Of a DNA stretch of 25,845 bases, positions 1 to 7,597 are shown in pieces; the stretch's first letter is position 1; each line of letters opens with the position of its first letter. Location: positions 1 to 25,845 of the forward strand of contig JAEUKH010000043.1 in NCBI GenBank assembly GCA_016792845.1, given 5' to 3'. The notes beneath the pieces are model-generated. The model searched no databases, was not told the DNA's origin, and saw only the letters and a program-made list of their open reading frames with translations. This DNA is from Myxococcales bacterium (GTDB lineage Bacteria > Myxococcota_A > Polyangia > Polyangiales > Ga0077539). Both the position numbers and the translations under genes were made by a program.

Positions 1-209
1 GGTCTGTTCGAAATCGAGTACGGCGATTGATTGAGACGGTGCTAAGTCAGTTAACAGGACGCTTCCAACTGGCCAAAGTTCGGGCCCGAGATCTGCTCCA
101 CCTGACAAGCCGCATCGAACGAAAGCTCCTTGCGCATACAACTGCATACGCGATCAACCGAAGCCTTGGCAGGGAGCCGCTCGACTTCGACGGCCTGATC
201 GCCCAATAA
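1..209 (+). CDS. DDE transposase, IS982-family-like, C-terminal fragment (5' part lies outside the window)
   Basis: The frame that ends at TAA 207-209 is open back to position 3. Its translation is ...SVRNRVRRLIETVLSQLTGRFQLAKVRARDLLHLTSRIERKLLAHTTAYAINRS... The R-x-x-IETV(F/L)SQL block resembles the conserved catalytic-glutamate region near the C-terminus of IS982-family (DDE_Tnp_1_3) transposases. This is recalled from memory, not searched. Local GC (about 50-55%) is well below the window average. Confidence 0.45.
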   Translation, partial: SVRNRVRRLIETVLSQLTGRFQLAKVRARDLLHLTSRIERKLLAHTTAYAINRSLGREPLDFDGLIAQ

Positions 210-250
210 CCCGCACACGGGGTAATCGTTCTGCAAAATAGGCGCGCGGC
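1..250 (+). mobile_element. 3' portion of an insertion sequence (IS982-like); right terminal inverted repeat not resolvable from one end alone
   Basis: Transposase C-terminus plus about 40 bp of lower-GC sequence after its stop codon. The GC content rises sharply after about position 250. The partner end is outside the window, so the boundary is approximate. Confidence 0.35.
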
Positions 251-1023
251 CATCGGGGTGACAACGCGTCGAAAACCGAAGTCGCGTCGTCACACGGGCG
301 ACCGGCTTCGGCATAGCGGCAGTCGCGCACTGAAGCGTCGTCGTCGTCGGTCACGAAGATCATCAGCAGCGAGGCATCGGGGCGCAGGAAGCCGAAGTTC
401 GGGTCGCTCGCGTCACTGCGAAGCCTGGGTTCGTGCGCACGAAGGGCGCGGTGCGCTGCTTCGAGGTGCTGCTCAATGCCGCAACCAGCATGGCCGAGGA
501 ACGCCATGCACCGCACTTCGTCAGCAACGGTTGAGCGGAAACTCGTGTCTGTGAGGAAGGGCGGAAACTGGTATCGGTCATTGGTGCACAGCGAAGGGCG
601 AACGCCAGGGCGAAACGAATCCCACGGGAGATGCCTACGTGTCGCGTTGCCCTGACGGATCGGGTTGAGCAGGCCGTTGTCGCCATCGCCGAGGCCAGCA
701 CAGGTAGGAACTGAATAATCTCCAGAGCCGATGTCAGTTGAGATCACCCCCAGATGCAGGTTGGTGACAGGCGTACCTGGTGTGCCGTCGGCATGTGGCG
801 GTGGATTCTGAAGCGCATCGAAGAGCGACGGCAGCGCGTTGAGAAAATGCCGCTGCATCGCAGAGCCACTCGAGCTGTTGTCGATGACGAAGAGCACGTC
901 GAGGGCCGTGGTGTCGACACAGGGCGGTGGAGGCGGTGTGATCGCGGGTGAGAGGGTCGCTTCACCGCAGCTTGTGAGCATGGCGGCCAGGAGAAGGGTG
1001 CGGTCGAAGCGCCGTCTCTTCAT
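154..1023 (-). CDS. von Willebrand factor type A (VWA) domain lipoprotein
   Basis: Start ATG at 1023 (MKRRRFDRTLLLAAMLTSCGE..., lipoprotein-type signal with Cys). The alternative upstream start at 1173 adds a non-signal extension. VWA hallmarks are present: DVLFVIDNSSSGSAM (MIDAS D-x-S-x-S motif) and later LLMIFVTDDDD. Overall GC (about 58-60%) is lower than the rest of the window. The last ~30 codons lie inside the putative IS-derived sequence. Confidence 0.6.
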   Translation of the reverse strand: MKRRRFDRTLLLAAMLTSCGEATLSPAITPPPPPCVDTTALDVLFVIDNSSSGSAMQRHFLNALPSLFDALQNPPPHADGTPGTPVTNLHLGVISTDIGSGDYSVPTCAGLGDGDNGLLNPIRQGNATRRHLPWDSFRPGVRPSLCTNDRYQFPPFLTDTSFRSTVADEVRCMAFLGHAGCGIEQHLEAAHRALRAHEPRLRSDASDPNFGFLRPDASLLMIFVTDDDDASVRDCRYAEAGRPCDDATSVFDALSPRWPRAYFAERLPRVRVIGRSGRRSRAAPCQGFG

Positions 1024-1241
1024 ACAAGTCAAACCCCCGTCATGCGCGCCAGTCTTGCTGTGATGGCGGTGCCAGGCTCGGTGCACCACAGGGCCCTTCA
1101 GCATCCGCGGGCCGAGGGTAGCGAAGGGCGCTGCGAAGGGCAAAACCTCGCAGCACAATGCTACGCTTCGCACCCTACCGAGGCGCGCTGCAACGGGTGA
1201 GCGCAGCGGGCGCGCGTGAGGGCGAACCCGACCGGGGCGCG

Positions 1242-2399
1242 CTAGAGCAGCACCAGGTCGTCGGCGTGGATGGCCTCTTCGCCATGCAGATCGGTGAGGA
1301 GCTCGGCCAGCTCGCGGCTGTTTCGCCCCCGCACCATCGCGAGGTCTTCGGCGTCGTAGGCCGCGAGGCCGCGCGCGAACACCACGCCGTCGGGGCCCGT
1401 GACATCGACCGGGTCGCCCCGGCGAAAGCGCCCGCTCACCGCCACGACGCCCGAGGGCAAGAGGCTCCGCTTGCGCGCCAGGAGCGCCCGACGCGCCCCC
1501 TCGTCGACGCGCACCACGCCGCTCGGGCGCAGGGTGTGGGCGATCCAGTGGGCCCGCGACGACACCGGCGCCCGCTCTGCGAGGAACACCGTGCCGAGGT
1601 CGTCACCCGCGAAGAGCCGCGTGAGCACCGCGGGCTCGCGACCCGGCGCGATCACCGCCACGGCGCCCGCCACGTTGGCCGCCCGCGCCGCGCGGAGCTT
1701 GGTCACCATGCCGCCCTTGCCGCCCGACGAGGTCTCTGCGCGCACGAGCCCGTCGATGCTGCGATCGCCCGCCGCGACGACCCTCACCCGCGCGTCGTCG
1801 TGATCGAGGAGGCCCGGCGCCACCGAGAGCATCACCAGCGCGTCGGCGCCCACGAGGTTCGCCACCTGTGCGCTCAGCGAGTCGTTGTCACCGAACGCGA
1901 TCTCTTCGACGCTCACGGTGTCGTTCTCGTTGATCACCGGGATGGCCCCCCGCGACACGAGCGCTTCGAGGGCCCCGCGCGCGTTCAGGTACCGCTGCCG
2001 ATCGGCGAAATCGGCGTGGGTCAGGAGCACCTGGGCGGCCACCTTGCCGTGCGCCGCGAGGGCCTCGCTCCAGAGCCGAATGAGCACCCCCTGCCCCGCC
2101 GCGGCGCAGGCCTGGAGGTGATCCATTCGCTTGGGGCGGGCCCCGAAGCCCAGGGCCTCGCGGCCGAGCGCGATGGCGCCCGACGAGACCACGACGACCT
2201 TGCGCGACGCCGCCAGACCCGCGAGCTCGGCCGCGATGGCCCCGAGCACGGCGCGGTCGATGGCCCCACGACCGTCGGTGAGCACCCCGGTGCCGATCTT
2301 CACGACCAACACCCGAACGTCATCAAGGGCGGCAGAGGCCGCGCCTCGGAGCGATGCAAGATCGTCTAGAGAAGCCATGGCGATCGCGGTAGATACCAC
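1242..2399 (-). CDS. proB: glutamate 5-kinase (with C-terminal PUA domain)
   Basis: Strong family motifs: VVKIGTGVLT, VVVSSGAIALG, PVINENDTVSVEEIAFGDND and SGGKGGMVTKL, followed by a C-terminal PUA-like region. Start is ATG 2399 or the in-frame ATG 2378 (MASLDD...). Strong GC3 bias in this frame. Confidence 0.9.
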   Translation of the reverse strand: MVSTAIAMASLDDLASLRGAASAALDDVRVLVVKIGTGVLTDGRGAIDRAVLGAIAAELAGLAASRKVVVVSSGAIALGREALGFGARPKRMDHLQACAAAGQGVLIRLWSEALAAHGKVAAQVLLTHADFADRQRYLNARGALEALVSRGAIPVINENDTVSVEEIAFGDNDSLSAQVANLVGADALVMLSVAPGLLDHDDARVRVVAAGDRSIDGLVRAETSSGGKGGMVTKLRAARAANVAGAVAVIAPGREPAVLTRLFAGDDLGTVFLAERAPVSSRAHWIAHTLRPSGVVRVDEGARRALLARKRSLLPSGVVAVSGRFRRGDPVDVTGPDGVVFARGLAAYDAEDLAMVRGRNSRELAELLTDLHGEEAIHADDLVLL

Positions 2400-2691
2400 C
2401 GTTGCCGCGGCGATGCTCCAGCACTATCCGAAGATCCTCGCAGCGCTGATGGTGAGCCTGGCCCTGGCCGTGCCGACGCTGCTCTACCGGGCCTCGCACC
2501 CCCGCCACGCCGCGCCCCCGCTCCGTCGCGTCGCCACGGCGTCGCCGCACGCGCACCCCGCGGCCGTCTCGCTCACGCCGCCCCGGGTGTCGCGGCCCTT
2601 TCGCGCGGCGCAGGTCTTCGAGCGGGTCTTCGTGCTCGACGGCGACGCCCGCGGGTCTGAGTTCGACGCGCCCCGGAGACGCCGACGGTGA
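2377..2691 (+). CDS. hypothetical small membrane protein (possible)
   Basis: ORF from ATG 2377 (MAIAVDTTVAAAMLQHYPKILAALMVSLALAVPTLLYRAS...) in the proB-proC intergenic space. Third-position GC is about 90% in this frame, which is coding-like. It has one hydrophobic helix and ends 25 bp before proC. No family recognised. Confidence 0.3.
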   Translation: MAIAVDTTVAAAMLQHYPKILAALMVSLALAVPTLLYRASHPRHAAPPLRRVATASPHAHPAAVSLTPPRVSRPFRAAQVFERVFVLDGDARGSEFDAPRRRRR

Positions 2692-2716
2692 CTCACCCCG
2701 CCCGTGCAATCGGAGT

Positions 2717-3559
2717 ATGGTCGCGACCGCAATGCTTGAACACCGCAAGATCGCCTTTGTGGGCGCGGGCAACATGGCCGAGGCGCTCATCCGTGGGATG
2801 CTCGCCGCAGGCGCCGTTCGCCCTGAAAACGTAGTGATTTCGGGTCGTCGCCGCGACAAGATCGAGCGCACCGCAGAGCGCCTCGGGGTGCGCGCCGCGG
2901 CCGACAACGCAGACTGCGTGCGCGACGCCGACGTGGTGATGCTGTGCGTGAAGCCGCAGGTGATGCGGGGCGTGGTCGAAGGCATCGCCCGCGAGCTCCG
3001 GGCCGACGCGCTGGTGGTGAGCGTCGCCGCGGGCATCGCGACCCGGGCCATCGAGGCGCCCTTCGCGGCCACCCAGCGGGTGGTGCGGGCCATGCCCAAC
3101 ACGGCGGCGGTGGTGCGCCAGAGCGCCACGGCCATCGCCGCGGGGGCCCACGCCAGCGACGACGACCTCGCCATCGCCAAGACCATCTTCGACGCGGTGG
3201 GGCGCACCGTGATCGTCGACGAGTACCACCTCGACGCGGTCACGGGGCTCTCGGGCAGCGGCCCTGCGTATGTGTTTTTGATCATCGACGCCCTCGCCGA
3301 CGCGGGGGTCAAGGTGGGGCTCTCGCGCGACGTCGCGCTCGAGCTCGCCGCCCAGACGGTGATGGGCTCGGCGCAGATGCTTCTGCACACCGGCGAGCAC
3401 CCGGGGCGGCTCAAAGACCAGGTCACGAGCCCCGGGGGCACGGCCATCGCGGGGCTTCACACCCTCGAAGCGGGGGGCCTGCGCACGACGCTCATCAACG
3501 CCGTCGAGACCGCCACCCGACGCGCGCGGGAGCTCGGCGATGCCCACGCCGCCAAGTGA
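2717..3559 (+). CDS. proC: pyrroline-5-carboxylate reductase
   Basis: KIAFVGAGNMAEAL (Rossmann fold), MPNTAAVV, VTGLSGSGPAYVF and VTSPGGTAIAG are classic ProC blocks. The alternative start ATG 2732 (MLEHRKIAFVG...) matches the usual ProC N-terminus better. Confidence 0.9.
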   Translation: MVATAMLEHRKIAFVGAGNMAEALIRGMLAAGAVRPENVVISGRRRDKIERTAERLGVRAAADNADCVRDADVVMLCVKPQVMRGVVEGIARELRADALVVSVAAGIATRAIEAPFAATQRVVRAMPNTAAVVRQSATAIAAGAHASDDDLAIAKTIFDAVGRTVIVDEYHLDAVTGLSGSGPAYVFLIIDALADAGVKVGLSRDVALELAAQTVMGSAQMLLHTGEHPGRLKDQVTSPGGTAIAGLHTLEAGGLRTTLINAVETATRRARELGDAHAAK

Positions 3560-4730
3560 GCCGCCCGGGGTGACGGCCGACCGAGAGGGCGCCCCGGAGG
3601 CCTCGCAGGGGTCTGGCCTGGGGTCTGGCCTGGGGTCTGGCCTGGGGTCTGGCCTGGGGTCTGGCCGAGGGCTGGTCACGGCGGCCGGGGTCGCGCTGGT
3701 GCTCGGCGCCGCGGCGGTGTTCGGCGCGCTGTGGGTGCCGATGGTGTTCGCCCTGTGGACGGCCGCTCTCCTCACCCCCCTGCACCGCTGGCTCGAAGCG
3801 CGCCTCGGCGGTCGCACCGCGGCGGCCACGGTGCTCGAGCTCGTGGCGGTGATGTCGCTGCTCGTGCCCTTGGTCTTCCTGGTGCTCTTGGTGGGCACCG
3901 AGGCTGCGGGCTTCGCGCGTCGCATCGTGGCCTCGCCCGCGGCGCAGGTCGCCCTCGAAGCGATGGTCTCGGCCGACCCGACGCAGAGCCCGCCGGGGCC
4001 CGTGTCGGGCGCCATCGCGATGCTCCCGGCCGCGCTTCAGCGCTTGGGCGCGCCGGTGATCGAGCGGGTCGCGGCGCTCCTCTCAGAGCACGGCGCGACG
4101 GCGTGGAGTTGGGCCGCGAGCGCAGCGGGGGCAGGGGCGAGCCTCACCCTCGATTTCGTGATCTTCGCGGTGACGCTCTTCGCGGTGCGCACCGAGGGCG
4201 ACGCGGCGTGGGCTTGGGCGCGCGCGCACGTGCCGCTCGGGCCCGAGACCCTCGACCGGCTGGCCCGAGCCTTCACCGAGACGGGCCGCGGGATCTTCAT
4301 CGGCGCGGGCCTCACGAGCCTCGCCCAGAGCCTCTTGTCGATGCTCTTTTACGCCGCCCTCGGCGTGCCGCGGGTGGTCGTCTTGGGGCTCCTCACCTTT
4401 GTCGCGGCCTTTGTGCCTGCGGTGGGCACCGCCGTCGTGTGGGGCCCCGTCGCCCTCGGCCTCGCCCTCACCGGACACCCCGGCAAGGCCCTCGCCCTCG
4501 CCCTCCTCGGCGCCTTCGGCGTAGGCTCCATCGACAACCTCACCCGCCCGCTCTTCCAGCGCTGGGGCGGAAACCTCAAGCTCCCCGCCTCGGTGCTCCT
4601 CTTCGCGGCCTTCGGCGGCCTGAGCCTCTTCGGCGCCAAAGGCCTCTTGCTCGGCCCACTTCTCGTGCGCATGGCCCGCGAGGTGATCGAAATCGCGCGC
4701 CCCGCGCCGCCCTCAACGCCGCCAGGTTGA
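3540..4730 (+). CDS. AI-2E family transporter (PerM/YdiK-like, UPF0118) with a low-complexity N-terminal extension
   Basis: Multi-TM protein. The C-terminal half (AFVPAVGTAVVWGPVALGLALTG...GVGSIDNLTRPLFQ) is typical of AI-2E/UPF0118 transporters. The ATG at 3540 overlaps the proC 3' end by 20 nt, so the true start may be further downstream (for example an in-frame GTG). The N-terminus contains a (GSGL)n repeat. Confidence 0.7.
   Translation: MPTPPSEPPGVTADREGAPEASQGSGLGSGLGSGLGSGLGSGRGLVTAAGVALVLGAAAVFGALWVPMVFALWTAALLTPLHRWLEARLGGRTAAATVLELVAVMSLLVPLVFLVLLVGTEAAGFARRIVASPAAQVALEAMVSADPTQSPPGPVSGAIAMLPAALQRLGAPVIERVAALLSEHGATAWSWAASAAGAGASLTLDFVIFAVTLFAVRTEGDAAWAWARAHVPLGPETLDRLARAFTETGRGIFIGAGLTSLAQSLLSMLFYAALGVPRVVVLGLLTFVAAFVPAVGTAVVWGPVALGLALTGHPGKALALALLGAFGVGSIDNLTRPLFQRWGGNLKLPASVLLFAAFGGLSLFGAKGLLLGPLLVRMAREVIEIARPAPPSTPPG
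3608..3667 (+). repeat. 12-bp perfect tandem repeat (GGGTCTGGCCTG) x5 inside the transporter N-terminus
   Basis: Read directly: four perfect units plus one degenerate unit. It is in frame (a multiple of 3) and encodes GSGLGSGLGSGLGSGLGSGRG. Confidence 0.9.
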
Positions 4731-4982
4731 ACACCGTTCAACTCCGCGCAAGCCCTCTCCTCTCGCCCCCGCTGCGCCTTTGTTGAACACCGTTCAACAC
4801 GCACCGTCTCGGCCCCCGGTGCGCCCTTGTTGAACACTGTTCAACACGCACCGTCTCGGCCCCGCTGCGCCCTTGTTGAACACCGTTCAACACTCCGTCT
4901 CCGTCACCGCTTCGTCGGCGCGCAGCCCCGCGGTGAGGCCCACTCGCTCCGCGCACCCCGCGCCTGTTGAACACTGTTCAAC
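4726..4982. repeat. array of five copies of the 17-bp perfect palindrome GTTGAAC-AC(C/T)-GTTCAAC embedded in ~45-56 bp tandem units
   Basis: Palindromes at 4726-4742, 4782-4798, 4829-4845, 4875-4891 and 4966-4982. Units 2-4 share the flank gcgcccttGTTGAACACCGTTCAACacgcaccgtctcggcccc. The palindrome is only about 41% GC in a window of 70% or more. The TGA stop of the upstream transporter (4728-4730) lies inside the first copy. Confidence 0.9.
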
Positions 4983-5136
4983 TTCGGCCTGAGCCTGCAT
5001 CGATCGGCTCTCTCGGGCATCCCCTCGCCCGAAACAGAGACACAACGCCCCGACCGTGGCACACGCGCCACCTTGTGGTTCGGGGCCCTGGCGACAACAC
5101 TACCGGCCTTCTGCACGGCCCGAAAGGACGCTACCC

Positions 5137-5625
5137 ATGCCACCACCGCACCACGAACGGCCTCCGCCACCGAGGCATCATGCCCCGGGTGACGCCCTCG
5201 CCGACGACCCCCGTCTTGACGACGCGCTTCGGAGCCTCGTCGACGACCCGGGCGCCCGTCGCTTCGTGCTTCGTTGCCTCGTGGGAGAGGGCCCGCAGCA
5301 TCACCGCGCGTCGAATCAGGTGTTGGTGCTCCTCTTGGCCGAGCTCGTGGCGCGTCTCGACGGGGCGCGGCCGCTCGACGCTTCGGGCCCTCAGCTCGCG
5401 GTGGCGATGCGCCTGCCGCCGCACCTTCGGGGCGACCGCGACGACCAGCGCTACCCGATCTCGGTGCCCCGCGCGGTGCTCGAACGCCTCTCAGATGACC
5501 CCGCCGCCGTCGACGCGATGGCCAGGGCGGTGGTCGACGGGCCGCCCCAGCACGCCGTCGCCAACGTGGTGATGTTGGGGCTCCTCGCGCAGTGCCTCGC
5601 GGCGCTTGAGGGCCGCCCCGCGTGA
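5137..5625 (+). CDS. hypothetical protein (Pro/His-rich N-terminus), first gene of a coupled three-gene operon
   Basis: ATG 5137 is preceded by AAAGGA 9 nt upstream. There is strong GC3 bias through the second half. Its stop TGA overlaps the GTG start of the next gene (GTGA). No family recognised. Confidence 0.5.
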   Translation: MPPPHHERPPPPRHHAPGDALADDPRLDDALRSLVDDPGARRFVLRCLVGEGPQHHRASNQVLVLLLAELVARLDGARPLDASGPQLAVAMRLPPHLRGDRDDQRYPISVPRAVLERLSDDPAAVDAMARAVVDGPPQHAVANVVMLGLLAQCLAALEGRPA

Positions 5626-6251
5626 GCGACCCGTCGCTGGCCATGGCCTTCTCGGCGGCGGCCGGAGAGCTCGGCATGAGCGCGGCGTCCTGGCTCTTTC
5701 TGCGCACCCTCGCGGCGGTCGAGGCGGGGGCCGAGGAGGCCGCGATCGAGAGCCTGGGGGCGCAGTTTCCGGTGATGGCGGCGGTGGGCGCGGCGTGGCG
5801 CGAGGGGCACCGCGGGCCGCGGTGTGACCTTGAGGGTGTGCGGGCGCGGCTCGACGGCGTCACCCGGGCCGTGGTGCTCGGGGTCGAGAGCGCACACCTC
5901 GACGCGCTCGTCGCGGCCTCGCCGGGGCTCGAACTCGGGCTCGTCACGGAGTCTCCGCTTGAGGCCGATTTCGAGCGCATCTTGGCCAACTTCGGGGGCC
6001 GCGTGGCCGCCGTCTCGCTCGCCGAATTGCAGCGCTGGAGCGGCGCGACGAGCGCCCTGGTCACCTTCCTCTACGGGGTCGACTCGCACGCCACGCAGGT
6101 CAGCCCCATCTGGCTCCGGGCCGTCGGCGACGACACCCGCACCCAGTTTCGCACCCTCCTCGGGTGGAACGTCTTGCCCGCCCCGATGCCCGTCTACCCC
6201 CGCTGGCTCGTCGAGGTCGCCCTCGACGCCTTCACCGACGTGGTGCCCTGA
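5622..6251 (+). CDS. hypothetical protein, second gene of the coupled operon
   Basis: GTG start at 5622 overlaps the preceding stop. Very strong third-position GC bias. Its stop TGA 6249-6251 overlaps the ATG of the permease (TGATG). No family recognised. Confidence 0.55.
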   Translation: MSDPSLAMAFSAAAGELGMSAASWLFLRTLAAVEAGAEEAAIESLGAQFPVMAAVGAAWREGHRGPRCDLEGVRARLDGVTRAVVLGVESAHLDALVAASPGLELGLVTESPLEADFERILANFGGRVAAVSLAELQRWSGATSALVTFLYGVDSHATQVSPIWLRAVGDDTRTQFRTLLGWNVLPAPMPVYPRWLVEVALDAFTDVVP

Positions 6252-7576
6252 TGAGCCTCGCCTTCGCGGGCATCCTCCTCGCGGCGCTGATCGCCCAGGC
6301 CCTCTGGCCCGGCGCCCGCCTCAGGGTGGTCGTCTCGGGCGCGGCGCTGAGCTGCCTTCTGGCCTCGCTTCGCGGCGTGAGCACCACGGCCCGGCTCTTC
6401 GCGGCGGTCCCGTGGGACGTCTTGACGATCCTCGTGGGCCTCGGGGTGGTCACCGAGGTGCTCGTCGCCTCGCGGCTCTTCTCGCTCATGGCCGTTCGGG
6501 TGACCCGGGCCACCGGGGCCCGACCGTGGCGCTTCGCGCTCACCTTCGCGTTGGTGATGTACGTCGTGAGCGGCCTGGTCAACAACCTCACGGCGCTCCT
6601 CCTGGTCTTGCCCGTGATGCTGGTGGTGTTTCGCGTCCTCGGGGTCACGCAGCGCTTCTTGTCGCTCACATTGGGGCTCTTGCTGGTGGCTTGTAACCTC
6701 GGCGGCGCCGCCACGCCCATCGGAGACTTCCCCGCGATTTTGCTCCTCGGTCGTGGCGCGATGCGCTTCGGGGTCTACCTCACCGCGGCGGCCCCTCGCA
6801 CCGCGCTGGCCCTCGCCCTCGTGGTGGTCGCCCTCTCGTGGCGCCGTCAAGCGAGCCCCCGCGACGGCACCGAGGCGCTCAGGGCCGCGCTCACGGTGAA
6901 CACCCTCGAAGCCCTCCACCGCGGCATCCGCATCGACCGCAGGTACCTCTTGCCGGGCGCGGCGGCCCTCGCGGCGATGCTCCTCGGGTGGGTCTTGATC
7001 CCCGCCTCGACGGGCATCGGCCCCGAGCTCATCTGCTGGCTCGGCGCCGCCCTGAGCCTCCTCGGCGCCGGAAAGGTCGGCGAGACCATCGCCCGCCGCC
7101 GCGTCGACGTCGAGGCCGTGCTCTTCCTCCTCTCGCTCTTCGTGATGGTGGGCGCGGCCCGCGAGAGCCACCTCTTCACCGACATCGCCCGCTGGCTCAC
7201 GGCGCTGCCCCTCTCGCCCGCCGCGCAGGTGGTGGTCTTCCTCGTCGCCGCGGCGCTGCTCACGGGCGTCTTCAGCGCGGGGCCGAGCATGGCGGCGCTC
7301 CTCGACGTCGCCGACGCCCTCGCCCGGCAGCACCCCCGCGAGGCCCGCGACGCCCTCTACGTGGGCCTCGCGATGAGCGTCTGCGCGGGCAGCTCGCTCT
7401 TCCTCACCGCCGCCACCGCAGGGCCCCTCACCCAGAGCCTCATCGAACGCGCGGGCCTCCGTGGCCCCGACGGAGAGCCCCTCCGCTTCGGCTTCCGAGA
7501 GTACCTCCCGGTCGGCCTCGTGGCCTTCGCGCTCATCCTCTCGGTGGGCATCGCGAGCACCCTCGCCGCCCTCTGA
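6251..7576 (+). CDS. ArsB/NhaD-superfamily permease (anion/arsenite-type ion transporter family)
   Basis: Multi-TM protein. The blocks GLVNNLTALLLVLPVMLVVF and VDVEAVLFLLSLFVMVGAARESHLFTDIARWL align by eye with E. coli ArsB (FANDGAALILTPIVIAML and [32 protein letters not shown]). The ATG at 6251 is chosen over the upstream TTG at 6164 because of the start/stop coupling. Confidence 0.7.
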   Translation: MSLAFAGILLAALIAQALWPGARLRVVVSGAALSCLLASLRGVSTTARLFAAVPWDVLTILVGLGVVTEVLVASRLFSLMAVRVTRATGARPWRFALTFALVMYVVSGLVNNLTALLLVLPVMLVVFRVLGVTQRFLSLTLGLLLVACNLGGAATPIGDFPAILLLGRGAMRFGVYLTAAAPRTALALALVVVALSWRRQASPRDGTEALRAALTVNTLEALHRGIRIDRRYLLPGAAALAAMLLGWVLIPASTGIGPELICWLGAALSLLGAGKVGETIARRRVDVEAVLFLLSLFVMVGAARESHLFTDIARWLTALPLSPAAQVVVFLVAAALLTGVFSAGPSMAALLDVADALARQHPREARDALYVGLAMSVCAGSSLFLTAATAGPLTQSLIERAGLRGPDGEPLRFGFREYLPVGLVAFALILSVGIASTLAAL

Positions 7577-7597
7577 CGGCCCCTCGCCGACACCGCC

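Noticed and set aside
1-30. GTTCGAAAT near the window start considered as a tRNA T-loop, since IS elements often sit near tRNAs
   Set aside because: No acceptor or T-stem pairing can be built, and the sequence is in frame with the transposase fragment.
2735-2751. Partial match to the palindrome half-site (TTGAACACCG) inside proC
   Set aside because: Only 10 of 17 positions match, the second half-site is absent, and it lies in conserved coding sequence (LEHR). Probably coincidence.
2693-4015. 440-aa minus ORF containing RPDPRPDPRPDP, and 3495..3785 with RPQARPQA
   Set aside because: These are other-frame readings of the 12-bp microsatellite. They are antisense to proC and the AI-2E transporter, which have clear family signatures.
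4726-4982. Possibility that the periodic arrays are CRISPR
   Set aside because: The conserved element is a 17-bp palindrome and the inter-palindrome sequences are near-identical between units rather than unique spacers. Periods of 43-56 bp with only 3-5 units and no cas genes do not fit.
5046-5080. TGGCAC motif upstream of the operon, and a similar one upstream of the VWA gene near 1060-1075 on the minus strand, considered as sigma-54 promoters
   Set aside because: Neither has GC at the required -12 position (GG-N10-GC spacing fails), so no sigma-54 call is made.
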